DNA of 64,000 bases, taken from positions 17,407,028 to 17,471,027 of the forward strand of contig CM082576.2 of assembly GCA_040954595.2 (NCBI GenBank), written 5' to 3'. The stretch is from Balanoglossus misakiensis. Lineage: Eukaryota > Animalia > Hemichordata. The notes under the pieces were generated by a model. The model saw only the letters and a program-made list of their open reading frames with translations, searched no databases and was not told the origin of the DNA. Of this stretch, positions 35,501 through 49,991 are shown one piece after another. Each line of letters opens with the position of its first letter. Positions within the stretch are counted from its first letter, which is position 1. Both the position numbers and the translations under genes were made by a program.

Positions 35501-38500
35501 GTCTCAAATCGGAGACGTTTCAGAACCACTTTACACCGTCCACACGTGTTTTTTTTAAAGAAGGTATGTGATCTGAGATGCTTCAGAACCATCTTAATGG
35601 TGTGTGTGACCCCCATATTGGTATTGTAGAGATTGTATTTTAAGCAATATAATTATCTCTTTTGCGTTACTTTGCCAACATTTTTGGTAACCGCAAAAAC
35701 AAGCAAAAGCAGAGGAATGATCATGGATAAACAATATCAAAGAAGTGCTATTTGACCTCAAAGTGTCACTGCTACGTACATTGCTTTTATATTGGCAGCA
35801 TCACAAAGGATACCGTCAATTATTGTTCCCAATGATGATTGAAACACCTAGAGTCTGTGAGTGTTTGGCTAGGTCTGCAGATACATTAATGTCAGTGATG
35901 AGCACAGGGCACGGGCGTCATGGAACAATACAGTGTATACCTTAGCATAGGCCTAAACGAACACACAATACAATATTTCGTGTTAGGGTTTAGGGTTAGA
36001 GTTAGGGTTAGGTGTGAACGCGAACTACACTCACGAACGGCCTAGCTACAGCTGGACTTGCAAAATATGCGAGCGAACGCACTAGCGTCGCAGAACGCGG
36101 AAGTGATGGCGCAATTTACAAATTGCACGCGCGCACGCACCCAGCCCAGCGCGCGGCAGACGATCGTACGACTCTGTTGCTAGCCAAGACAAACGCGCCC
36201 ATGTGTACCTCACGTACACAGGGCAGATCAGTTGCGGGCGCGCACGCATGCTCAAGACGAGATCGTATACACACGGTGCCTATCCCCTATAGAGGTACGC
36301 GTACGGTGTGGTTTTGCACATAAAGTTAACCCAGACCCAGCTTTATTGCAGTTCTCGTCCACACCAAACAAACCTATGAAATATTTTATTGTTTGTTCGT
36401 TGAGGACGTCGCGTTTATGCTAAGTTTATTAATATCTGTACACTTTATTTTTCCATGACGCCCGTGCACAGGGCAGAAGGGACACTCAAAATTGAGAAAG
36501 GAACAAGAGTATAAGGCAGCCAATGAATGAACTGCGTTTGGAACAGTTCATATTTACGAGACTTGAGGAGATATAGGCGTCATAACCTACATGTGTATGC
36601 CTAAACAAAAGTAAGTTTGTGGTAAGACTGCTAAAATCAATGACTGTGAAATACTGTTATGTTCTAGGTGGAACTCGACAGGTCTCAATGGATGAGCACT
36701 TCTTTACTGGTTATAGAAAAACTGTGGTTGAAGCCGAGGAAATACTGCTGTCTGTGCACATACCTCATACAAGAGAGGTATGTTAATAGGACGCAGTACA
36801 CCATTACTTCATTTACAGGGAATTATAGTTGAAGATGTCTGTTGTGAACATTATTAAATTCAGATAAACATTGAAATAATATGTCAGCCTAATTCAAGAG
36901 TCACGTGCCAAGTGCCAAGATTCATGCAACCTAAGCCAGAACAAGATTATTATTCATTTTGTTTTGTCAATTCACCTAACCATATTACTGTGTTGCCTCT
37001 ATACATTGTATAATTCCACATAGAACAATACATTTAGATATTTGGTAAATATTGGGTTCAGATTGGTCATCACGCCAGAAGGGACCGTCATAGCATGATG
37101 AGAATGGGATAGTTTTGATTTCGTGGCTAATTCTTCTGGAGCACAAATTATAGTGACGTCACCTCTGTGTAATTTACATGTGAGTGCATCTTGTAGTTTG
37201 TTGGTAGACTGAGGTCCATTAGATTTGTGGCCTTCTACATTGTGGTTGCTGACTCGCAGGGTATCGATGGTGCGGTGGTACCCGTACTGATTGGCAATTG
37301 CAGGGTTCTGTCTTTCGCTGTCAAAAGAATCTTCTGGAAAGTTATGACTCTACATACAACACTGTAATACATGTATGTCATGGCTTTGGCATTGCTGCCA
37401 AACATTTTCATGTCTGTCTGTTTCTCTCTCTCTCTCTCTCTTTCTCTCTGTCTCTCTGTCTCTCTCCCTCCCTCCCCTCTCTGTCTCTCTCCCTCCCTCC
37501 CCTCTCTCTCTCTCTATCTCCCTCCCTCCCCCTCTCTCTCTCTCTTCCTCCCTCCCCCCTCTCTCTCTCCCTCCCCTCTCTCTCTCCCTCCCTCCCCCCT
37601 CTCTCTCTCCCTCCCCCCTCTCTCTCTCCCCCTCTCTCCCCCTCCCTCCCCTCTCTCTCTCTCCCTCCCTCCCCCTCTCTCTCTCCCTCCCCCTCTCTCT
37701 CTCTCTCCCTCCCTCCCCCTCTCTCTCTCTCCCTTCCCCCGCTCTCTCTCCTTCCCTCCCTCCCTCCCTCTCCCTCTCTCTATCTATTTAAACAGCATGA
37801 GTATTTTTATGGTTACAAACAATCTTTGAGAAGAGAAGATGATATTGCCATAGTCAACTCTGGGATGAGAGTTTGCTTTGAGAGTGGTACTGACATCATA
37901 TCAGAATTAAGCATTAGCTATGGAGGTATGGCACCAACAACTATCATGGCCAAGAAGACCATGAAGGCTCTGATCGGCAGGTATGGCAATATAAAAAAAC
38001 ACCATACAGGTTGTGACCTGTTATAACTTAAAAGGGGTGGTTATACCTTTGCTATGTCAACATTCTTCACTGAAGCAATGAATCGCCACAAGAAGCCAAG
38101 GAAAAGAATGCAAGAACTTTTGAGTGTACATGTTCTACATTGGGCAATCATAGCGAACTCTCTTGTTATTTGCTTGTTTGTTTGCTTGTTTATGGGTACA
38201 TGCATGGAATAAACACCAACAAAGTAATGGTGTTTGTTTGTTTGTTTGATAGAGTCCCTGTACATATGCAATTCAATTTATTTTGCAATATGACCACCAG
38301 GCAGCCATTTTGTTAACTTTTTTCATGTCTACACCCCTTGAGACATGTCAGTTGCAGATTTAACGGATTTTCAATCCGCTCCATACATATTTGTCCAAAA
38401 GACTTTGTTGCCCAGGGTCCCCATGTTTTGTGTTAATGAGACCTTTGTGCTAATTCTCTCGTGTTTGTTTCTGTAATGCATTTTTGTTAATTTTATTTTG

Positions 38501-41500
38501 CTATTAGAAAATGGGAAAGTTGTTTGATAGATGATGTGTGCGAACTGTTACATCAAGATCTTCACCTGTCACCCTCTGCACCTGGTGGTATGATTGAATA
38601 TAGAAAAACACTGGCTGCCAGCTTCTTCTTCAAGTTTTATCTCAATGTTCTGGACAGATTAAACGCTCAAGAAGTAGGTGCATTACGAATTAAAAAAATT
38701 CTATTGTTGTCAAGATGATTACTAATATTTAGAGATTACCTGTAGTTCACCTTGAATCTTATGTGTTGTTTCGAGCTATCACTAAATTTTACTGTCATTA
38801 AAGGGACAAAGTCTGTCTCTCGCTGCCCTTTTTTCATTAATTATGTTTGATACAAGACACCGCTTATGTTAATGTACATGTGTTTATGTAGTGAATAAAT
38901 GTCCAATCACAAACAACTTCCATCCCACTTGTATGATATGAGAGTAAAAACTCACCCAAAATGAATAAATGGTAAAGACTGATTATTCATTTTGGCGAGC
39001 GTTTCACTCTCATGTCTATAAGCGGAATGGACGGTGTGTGTTGTTGAACATTGATTCACTATATATCCATATGTACACTAACATAAACGGTGTCTTGTAT
39101 CAGAAAACAGCGAGAGAGAGACTTTGTCCCTTAAAATAATTTCAGGGATTTTCAAAGATTTATTTTCAATTATTTTGATCATGATGAAAATTGCAGCAAT
39201 TGTTGTCGTATTATTAGTTTTTTCAGCACCACTGTCAGTGACATGGAGCAAAATCCAGATAGGGGATGTCCATTGCCTTCTGATATTTGTCATAAATTTA
39301 ATTTCTGATGTGTAGTTGCTATCCATCAAATCTGTTTATTAGCAACATATGAGGGCAGAGCTTCATTGGCTGCTAGGAATTATGGATGTGAGGCTGATTT
39401 TTTACCAAAGTGCTATGTTACACATGGGCCAAATAAATTATGAATAGGCTTTTATAATAATACATTGACATTTTTGACCTTTACAAGTTTACATCAGATA
39501 GGGTGATTGTTTGTCGTTGTCTGACATGCAGTGTCTGTCAACACTTTCCTTGTACTCTGAAACCACTGGTCTGCAGGTTCATAGGGCGATCTTAGTGACC
39601 TATGATCAAATCATGACAAAATATGTAAAAGTATATTTTTACATAATAACCTTTTGTAAAAAAAAAGTCTTCTAAAGTCATCTTCAAAATACAAGACAGT
39701 GTCTAGCTGTTTTGATCTTTTGTGCTAATTGGTTCCTGGGGTGGTCAAATTCTGTCGATATTGTGACTTTTGCATCAGTCTATTTTGACTACCTTGCAAA
39801 TATGCCTTCTGGCCCTACTATCAAGTTTGTCTGAGTCTGAAGAGAAGTGTGCCATTCAATCATTTAACAGTTATCTTGTTTATATTGCAAAGAATCACAA
39901 CAGAACTGTATCGGCCACTAGGTCATTTGTCAGAGTAGTTGCATGATTGCCAAATGACCTGTGGTGGCTAACAAGCAAAACAGATATTGATGGGAAATTA
40001 TCTATATGCAGAACATGCAAACAAAACCAAACCAAACAAAATGTACTATTCTGCAAAGATTATTAGATGGAGTTCACTTTCCAACCATATGACGTATCCC
40101 CTGTGTAGGTTGTGGATGTAGCTGTGCCATCTTCATTCAAGAGTAGCTTTTCAACGTTTCAAAAGCACAGCATTGCAAGCTCTCAGTTATATCAGGTGAG
40201 TATGTACCCCATCGTCGCAAACCACGGCCCTTTTACGGCAGCGCTCTGCTCCCGCAAAAAGGCCGTGGTATAATACGGCCATGTATTCAGAATTTGGTCT
40301 GGGCGCTTTCATAGTACATCCAACAACCAATCAGATTGCTTGTTACATCCCATTCACGCATCTCATTACATCTCATTCTAAACAACATGGCGGCTTCCAG
40401 TGCGGAAGTGCTCTTGTCCCAGCTCTCCTTGAGAGACGGGCTTTGATTGGCCAGATTATAATGATGTCATCTCATGAATATGCATTACCAATATGTTCAA
40501 ATACCAGCGCGGTACTCCATTTTAACCAGAGTACGTGATTTCGATAGTGAAACGAAAGAAATCCGTAGTCTGGTGGGGCGAGAATGATGTACCCTTACTT
40601 TATACTCTGCTCTACTTTAGTATCGAGCACTTTGTATCGGACCAGTCGAACCGCATACTTAACCAGCTGAAGATTTAGTACTTTTGGAAAAATCAGCTGA
40701 ACTTTTTACTGAAAGACTTTGTTCATCAAAAAATTCAGCTGAATTTTTTACTGAACATGAAGCCTAAAGCGGCTTTTGGGGGGATGAGAATGACCTTAAA
40801 AAGCAAACAATGATAAAAACATGTCTAATAAATAGTAACACTTATATCTGATGAAAAATTTCTAAAATTTAAAAGGAATTCCGAAAATTGTCCGGAAATT
40901 CCGAAATTAGTTCGGAATGTGTACAGTGTGCGTGTGTGTGTGCGCGCGCGCGTGTGTATGTGTATGCATGCATGTCCTGCCAGGGACACTTTTATCAACT
41001 ATATACTTTGTTGAATTTTTGGATTGGTCCTACAAAATCACCTGTTAAAATTTGAGCACATTCGGCCAATGCAGAGCGAAGCTAAATTCTTCTGAAGTTG
41101 TCAAAAGCAGCGAAAATGCAAACTGAGAAAAAGCAATTTGCATTGTTGACACCTATTTCTTAAGCTGCGGACCCATTCAGAAAAGTGCTATTTTTGGGTG
41201 ATTATGTACCATTTCCACCAAGACGCATTTGTCAGAATGTGGGTCAGTATCAGACCTACCGATTTATGTAAAAAAAGAAAAAAAAAATGGTAAAAATCAC
41301 AACTTTTCATGCAATACCACCTTAAGCTAAAATATATGCTAGCTAAAAAGAAATGTTTTACAGCTATCATTAGCCTCATTAATGTTTATTTGTAATATCA
41401 TGTGATATTTCTTTAGGAAGTGTCACCAGGACAACCTGTAGATGATGCTGTAGGAAGACCTCTTGTTCATCTTTCAGCCTACAAACAAGCTACAGGTCAG

Positions 41501-44500
41501 GCTGTATATTGTGATGATGTAACCCCAATAGAAGGTAAACCTTTCTCTTAAAAAATTGCTCTATCAAACACTTTTATGTGTACTACCAATAAATTTATAG
41601 TATCGGCTTTGTTGGAAGTGTTTTATAATAACCACCATCACCACCACCACCACCATCATCATCATCTTCTTCATCTTCTTCATCTTCTCAGGGCACTTTT
41701 TGCCCTGCTTTATTAAAGTTGAAAACTGCCACATATTCACTTCTCAAATTTGTATGTATGTATTGTATGTAAATGTGTGTGTGTATGAATGTTATTAACC
41801 ATAGAGAACATGGCACAATGATCACTAGAGTTGTGGCGCAATGGTGGTTGGGAATGTTGGCATAAGCCTTGGACTAAGCATGGCAGGAAATTCTCGTAAA
41901 GTTTTCGTCATATTCCTAATACTTCAATGACACAAGGCAATGATAGGACTAAGGCTCAGAAGCATATTTTTATCAATCAGTGTAGCCACAGCTGTTCGCA
42001 TTTGTGTGTTGTCTACAAACAGTACCTAATGTCACACCATTAGAGTTACCTAAGGCTTACTCTGTGACTTTCAGTCAAAATAATGTATACACACTGAGCA
42101 GACTGCAAGGAAAGATTGAGCCAGAAATGTGCACAGAGAGTAAGTAGTGTTCACGGTGCCCACTCTTACGTATACGTTCAGTTCTAAGTAGGCTGACAGG
42201 CATTTCCTTTCAAAGGTGGGGGTGTATTATCAACCAAATGATGTAAAATGGGGTTTAACAGAGGAAAGTGTATACAGTAATAGGGTTATGGACAAAATAG
42301 GGGTCTTTATGGTCTCGAGGTCTGAGCCCCTCGTCCGTACATGGTGTGATAAATCATCACTGATTTTATTCTTTTTCTACTTGCGTAGGTTGGTACCTTT
42401 CATTCTGTGTTAATGAGCATCTGGGACTGGGTTATCGAGGAACGAAAACCCGCAGCATGTTTGTTTACAAAAAGTCAAAGTGGTGTGTACCTGAGTCAGA
42501 GGCTTATTGTTTTCTGAGAAGTGTGTGTGCAGTCATACAGCACTTGTTTTTAGGAGAACAGTACGATTTTGTTTAAAACTCATATTGTAGCAAATTTTTG
42601 ATTGTGTCTACTTTTTTTCTATTGGCAAGCGTGCCCTGGAATCAGAGCCATTTTAACTTTGAAATTGAATTTGAACGAGCTGCTTGGAGTCATTTTGCCT
42701 ACATGCGCAGAGCTTGTGGATAACACAATAGGAATTTTGCTTTAGTTGGCCTAGAATATTGCACATATCGGAAGCTTTGATCGCTATTGAAACAGCAGAT
42801 ATGGTTGAACGAAGAGGAGTTTTTAGTGTTAGATAATAAGTGTTCTAAATCAAAAATATTCACCTCTGCATTATATGTTTAAGTCAGCTATTATCTGAAA
42901 CAATGTTATAGTCCGTCTAAATGGTATTTGGTAACTGATGAAAGGTTTACCATAATGGATTTTGTGTTATTATTGCAATGTACTGCAGATTATTCTGAGG
43001 TTCACTACTACATAACTTTGGTATAGCTCTCATTACTGTGAGAGTGAAGAAAAATAGTCCCTTTCAAATTTAATATTTTGGAGCATTTTTGACAAGCAAG
43101 ATTTGGTTATTTTTTTGCATCACTTGTGAAAATAACTTCTGTGTGGCACAGATCGCGCGCGGAGGGCAGAAGTTCTGTCATGTTTTGGGAATTTTATTGT
43201 TCTCTGAAATGTGTTGACAAGACAGACGTGATGTCTCGCTGATCTGTTTTCAGTGATGAAACCAATATTTTAAATGTCTGTACCTGGGTCTCTGCATAAG
43301 CTTACAATCACAAACTATTGTGTGACTCAATCGTGTGACTTCGGAGTTTCATTTTGTTTTGTGATCATAATTTGGGATCATACAAAATCATACAAAAATG
43401 TATCCAACACAAACGTCAGTTTGCAAAAATATCGAACGCACCAGACTTTATGTCGCCTGTTGGCAGTGTGTGCTCTTTTGGCCAACAATAGGCACTTCAT
43501 ATTATATTAACATTACATATGATAGTAGGGACCCTGTTCTGAGATGTGCGTTCTGGACAATAGAGTGACTTTTGAAAAGTGCAAGGCACACATAGAATGT
43601 TTCATTCCCAGATACCAATTTTGCAAAATTTACATAGTAATCTAAGCTGCTTCATTGGATTTTTAAAGCAAAACGTAATTTCAGCTCCAAAATGGTTCCC
43701 ATTGAAATGTGTGTCATAAAAATCGATATTGTTTTTGCTCTCTTTGAGCCAATATACCCCGTGGAAATCAGACCTATTGTTAAAATTATTATTTTTATAT
43801 GATTCTTATTTAATTATTATAATTTAAACAGTATGGTTTGAAATATTTTGTATATCAGTGAATGGTATTATTATTTTCTATTATTATTTTACTGTGAAAC
43901 AGGAAATTATGCCGCATTCTTTTGTTGGCATGTGGCAGTTTAAATTTTATGCCAATATTTACAGTGTTTATTGGGGAGCAAAACGCCAAACAGATACATC
44001 TTTCTTTGTTTGACGTCATCGTATACGAGTGGTTTTTCGCGGAGCAGTGCAACTTCGAGCCGCAGGCGAGAATTGTACGCTTCCGAGAAAACCACGAGTA
44101 TACGATGACGACAAAGAAAGATATCATGGGATTATATATTTATCACATGAACAGTCTTCTTATTTTTCGTTAGAAGAGGCAGGCCTAAAAAAATTCAGTA
44201 TTTTGCAACAATTTTGGAGCGGTGTCGTATTTTGCTGAGCGGGATTATTTTCCCCTACGAGATATATGTTGGGAGATTTTATGAATGATCAGCGATAGTT
44301 CATCATTTGCATATATAAATTCAGCCAGGCCGTTCGCATGACACCTACCACAACCTCCCACTTTGTCTATCATTCAACTGTTGAGTTTACAGGTATGGGT
44401 GGTTATACTCACTCACTTACTGATGTTTAATGCCCAGTTTTAATTATGCGCATCCGACTCAGCAGGTAATCCCACACAAACAAATGCGCAAATAATTTCC

Positions 44501-47500
44501 TGTTTCACAGTATTATTATTATTATTATTATTATTATAATTATTTTTATTTATACAGTAGAGTTTAAATTTTTCTGTTTATAGGTGAATTGTATTTGGCG
44601 CTAGTGACAAGTTCCAAGGCACACGCCATTATCAGGTAATGATTACTGTGCTCTGTAAAGATAGACAATCTCCTGGTGGTGGTGCTGGTGTAACTAAGGC
44701 CAATGAAAACAAATGTGTGGCTCCGATAACCAGACCACTACTTTTTTTAACTGGCCCTCGCCTGTTTCACAGGTACAACAATGCCGAAGTTAAAAAAATG
44801 CAAAATCCATGATAAAAACTAAGAAAAAGCAAAATCATGTAAGACTATGGATTGACATGGCGTTATCTATTAAGCAGATGCTCTGATATAAATAAAAAAA
44901 AATGAATTTTTTTTTCTTCTACCTTACTACCCTGTTTCTGAAAAGTTATCTGAACCACACAATCAATTATTGCGTTGGCATTATGCATGTGTTGTAGGTT
45001 TTCTTGTAACATATTATAAGGTTATTCACAAAATACCGGGATTTATGTCCAAGTACATCGTACAGCGGAGGTATTGTCCGAGACGCGCAGCGTCGAGGAC
45101 AATACCGAAGCGTACGATGTACGAGAACATAAATCCTGGTATTTTGTGAATAACCTTATTATTATACACCTTTTCTGAACGTTCTTCATGAACGATAAAG
45201 AATAAATAGGCCGCTATCGGACTTTTTAGTTTTCAGACACCGCCATGATGTAATTTGCATATCGAACGCACCTTCATCTCGCGCATCAGGTGATGCTAGT
45301 GTCGAACTGCCTGTCTCGCGCGCGACGTTCTACGCTGCGTGCGCTGAGCTCGTTCTGGAACTTGAAATGAACGCGCTCGCCTGTTCGTTCACAGATTCCT
45401 TCGACTGAAATTTCAGCGTGGATTTTGACTTATTTCGCATCACCAATAATTTTGTTTAATAACGGCTGTGTACTTTTTATATAAATTTTTGTCAGAATAG
45501 GGTTAATATCGTCATTGTTTACATTGATCACCAGTCCTGTGAGGTCAAAGTCACAATGCGTCCAATAACCCTGGTGTATTGGACTCCACGTCCTCATTTG
45601 AATAATTATTGTACGGTGATACCGGGAATTATTGTATTACGGAACTCCATAGGTTACAGCAGTAGGTGTATAATAATATCAATAAAGTCTTTCTTTATAA
45701 TTATTCACTGGTATCCCTCTGTGCAATCCTATATTAATTTTGTTTTGTTAGGTATGATCTGCTCAGTTGGATGCAGTACACTTGTGGCAGTTCATTAAAC
45801 CCCGGTGCGGGGTATAAAAGACCCCCCAAATCAGTGGCGAATCTTAATGCCGTTTGACTGACAACAGACAACACCAACGATCTTGGCTCTATGAAAATCG
45901 GCCCAAACAGGTCCAAGCATAAAGAATTACACCACACAACGACAGTAGTTGGCTTTATAAACACACACAACATAAAGTTATCGACGAAAAAGTACACGAG
46001 CTTTTGAAACAACGATGATTTTGGGAGAAATCTGGTTTCAGTGCTATTCAGAAGCGTCCCTGAGAAACAATAACCACGCCATTCAAACAGTTGTCAATCG
46101 CGTGGAAGTGTAAATTTAGTGTTCAATTATTTTCTGTGTGCATGAGATCAATTACACAGTCATTATGCACGACGACCACTCCCAAATAAACAACTATACA
46201 AACACACGTTAATCCGAACCCCGGTACTTTCCGCACCGGGGTTTAACCCTGTATACAAATTGGGTGATAAATTTACATGTCTTTCAGTGCAGCCATACTT
46301 TAAGTCAATATTTGTACTAGAGTTTTAGCTAGCATACCACAGTATTTTTTGAAAAATCGAAATGAGCGATGAAAAGTGAAATTGGGAATTCGAATTGGTG
46401 GAGCATGTTTGTGGGTTTGGTTCAAAGGTGCATCCTTGGGGTAACTTCACCAGCGGGTCATATGATTATGAAAAGTGGCACCAGCGGGTCATATGATTAT
46501 GAAAAGTGGTGTCATTGCATTGGTGCGTCTTAGTTTAGACCTCTGCTTGAGGTGCTAATATTAAAATTTCATCGTTTTTTTTCTTTGTCTTCTGCTGTCA
46601 TAAAAAGGTGTGAAATTGTCTGCGGCTCGTGTGGGACAGAAAATCCCCAACTCGTGTGAGAATTATGATTCCAGGTCCGTTGGGAATGTGAGATTCTCTC
46701 CAATCCTTCCCATTCTACCGTCGGCCAAATGTGATTGTTCAGTGGATATATCCAAATGGATAGTTGGCACAGTTCTCTGGGCATATTTGGAAGGATATCA
46801 GACAGCCAATTGCGTCCATCCAGGGTCTCTGCCCATGAAGTCAGGGCTTTAACCGCTCATGGCCTTTATCAGCCAGGGTCCCTGCCAGTGTGCCCTCTAA
46901 GCCCATATGACGCATCACTGACTCAACAAACTCACTGGCGACTCAATAAATTTATCCATCTTACATGCAAAGGTACATGGCTGACTCAGGGAAATAATGT
47001 TTGTTGGAAAACACTCTGGCCCCTGTTGAAACCATCTTGCAAGCAGGAACATGACATTCTGTGCAAACTCCTCTATTAGTTTTTACCACTGTGATATTGC
47101 TTCCGAGCTGGACGGGCTCCACTCAATATGCCTGATCAGCAAAAGCCACACTGCTATTTCCTCTCAGCAATACTATGGTGGAATTGACATTCTTTTCCCA
47201 CCTCCATGTTTGTGTGGAATTCTGTTATTTATCCAAATAGGAATAACGGCCGCATCGATTAACTATATAAGTTGCTTAGGAGCATAAAAATTTACATATC
47301 ATTAATATGTAGAACGTGATCTGGCCAATGAGGTGGCCAGAAAGGGGCGTCACTCACCCGTTTCCCTGCAATGAAAATTGCGACCTTTTCTTTTCAAATG
47401 TAAATTTTTATGGTCAAATGCTCTGTTTGGGGATATCCTGTAAATTCAAAACAAGAAAGGACAAGTCAATCTTGCCTCTGGAAGAGAAAAATTTTCACCA

Positions 47501-49960
47501 GTGCTTTTTTTAAAAAGTTTTTAATTTTGGTTTAGGCATTTACACTACATGTATATTTGAAGTTTTCACCTGAGAGAATACGACTCTGTCTGAGGTTTTC
47601 CAGCTGCACAGGCACAAAGTGTCATTGTAAACGTCAGGTCACACCATATCCACAATGATTGTACACCAACTCTGAAAGAATACTGTAAAACGGTTATTTT
47701 CGCCACAGGAAATTTTCGCGATATCAAAAGAGGCAACTGTTACACGAGCATCAATTTTCGCGTTCTCGTATTTCTCTGCATCCGTATCTCCGAAAAAAAA
47801 TTACGACACTTGTTATTTTCACGTTTTGTTGGCTCTCACAGATTTCGCGATAATTTATTTCTCGCGGAAAAAAACTGTTTTACAGTATGTTGTTACGTAC
47901 TGCAGTAATGCTAGTTGAACCACATTGAGCAAAACAAATACTGTAGACTGAGTGACTTTTGCTTTTCACACATCAATAACACTGGATCAACTAAATATCT
48001 GTGAACTACCAAAACACCACACACCCCTCAAGTGATATCACAACACCAAATTTATCATTTTTATTCCCAGTTGCCTCTTTCGAGATCAAAGACATCAACC
48101 GAATACACACAGATATGGCGCATTCAATATGCAAATGACTTCACAATGTAGCACACTTTTTTTACTGTATCTGAAAACTAGAAAGTCCTAAAAGTGAACC
48201 AAATTATCCTTTACAATGTACTCGGACATAAAATCTGGTATTTTGTAAATAACCTTATCTTATTTTGAATGTCTCATAGTTGAGCTTGCTGTTACAAAGA
48301 CCTCCACCAACTCCACTTTGTTTATCTTGTGACAGTACCGGTATCTACAATATTGAGGGGGGGGGGATAATATTTGTGATATTTTGGTCAAAAATCTTTT
48401 CAGTATGATTTCTCTGAAATTTAATATGCATGTCCATGAGGTGATCACAGTGAGATTTTTGGTCAAAATTCTTTCTGAATGCTTTTGGATTTGCAATGCG
48501 TATCCTTATGGGATTTAAGTCAGATGTGTTAAGAGATATGCAATAATGTGTAGTTTTGGGTACATTTTTGCTGATTTTTGTCTCAGAATATTTCTAAAAA
48601 TCTTTGGGTAAGACTTTGACCTTTGCTTAGCAGATCCCTGGGAAGGTCTAATATAGATTTTGCAATTTTGTATTTTTAGGGCAATGTTGTCTTTTTTGGT
48701 CAAAAATCTGAGAACGCTGTGCATGACATTGGGTAATCATGAGTTTGTCAGGTCTGAAGAGAAGTGCAGAATTCTCCCCTCCTGATATCATGTTTATAAT
48801 GCAAAATATCACAGTAGAACTGTTTTGGTTTCAAGTAAGGTCAATTGTTCAAGCCTCTAGAGCTGCCACTTTTTGCATTATTTTCATGATTTTATTATCC
48901 TACTTAAATAAGCTTACTGATAGGTATACAGGATTAGCGTATGTAGCGATTTGAAAACACTATGTATTAAAACGGTGATGCACCAATTTAATCAGCCTCC
49001 ATATAAACAGTACACAGCTATCGTGGTATGCGTCGCCAAGAGATAACAAACTGATGCAAATGCAAGTATAGCCCAGAGACCAGAGCGTCGATCTAGAATA
49101 CAACGCCCAGGGACAGTCGAGCAATGTCCTGCTGAGCTGAAAGATAGTAGCCCTGGCAACGATCAGGGTCGCTTAGTAACGAATGGATAACGAGTGATCT
49201 ATCAAATGTTGACGGGCGCCAGTGGTTGGATGATATAATTAACAAAGCTTGGTTATGAATGTTCATACACCTTCAAAACCACTCCCACATCGCGTTTTGA
49301 AAACATACTTGGTGACTCCACCTCTATTTCCTTATTTAGAATGCGATGATGTCATTTGGTTTACATTGAGTGACCAATTAGCTTACACGCAAGATTTACC
49401 ACCCGTGTTGTTCTACGCACAAAATTCTGTGCGTAAATAGAGACTGTCACCGGGCGTTTCTTTTCGACGCCAGATCGACGCCCTGTTCTCCGGGCTAATG
49501 CAAGTAATACGGCTTAATGGTGAGGATTTTAGAGGATAGGAAATATATTTGAAGTATTTTATTGTGGAAGAAATATGTGAAATTTGGCAGCTATAGGGGC
49601 TTTCATGTCTGTAATTTGCTGATTTGGTTTCAAACAACATTCTATCGACAGTAATATTCCCTCTGTACTTTTTAAATACTCAGATCTGTCAAGATAGAAG
49701 AAGCAATGGCTTTGAAGGGTGTCCATGAATTTGTCACATATACTGATGTTCCCGGGCAAAATTTAATCAAAGATGAAGAAATGTTTGCATCTGACAAAGT
49801 ATGTACTGTGTGTATGTGTGTTTATGTATGTATGTATGTATGTGTGTATGTGTGTGTGTGTGCGTAAGTGCGTATGTATGTATGTATGTATGTATGTATG
49901 TATGTATGTATGTATGTATGTATGTATGTATGTATGTATGTATGTATGTATGTATGTATG

Positions 49961-49991
<31 letters not shown>

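Noticed and set aside
37298-37829. Long Ser/Leu/Pro ORFs
   Set aside because: Artefact of the stop-free C/T tract. Only 37796-37980 is coding.
40219-40592. Possible seventh Crypton-like family (hairpin ACCACGGCC...GGCCGTGGT, GTACATC/GATGTAC IR, CCAAT)
   Set aside because: The left arm is truncated and no GA/GA pairs are visible, so the architecture cannot be confirmed.
41825-41880. tRNA or SINE head (GTGGCGCAATGG A-box-like)
   Set aside because: No B box or cloverleaf follows.
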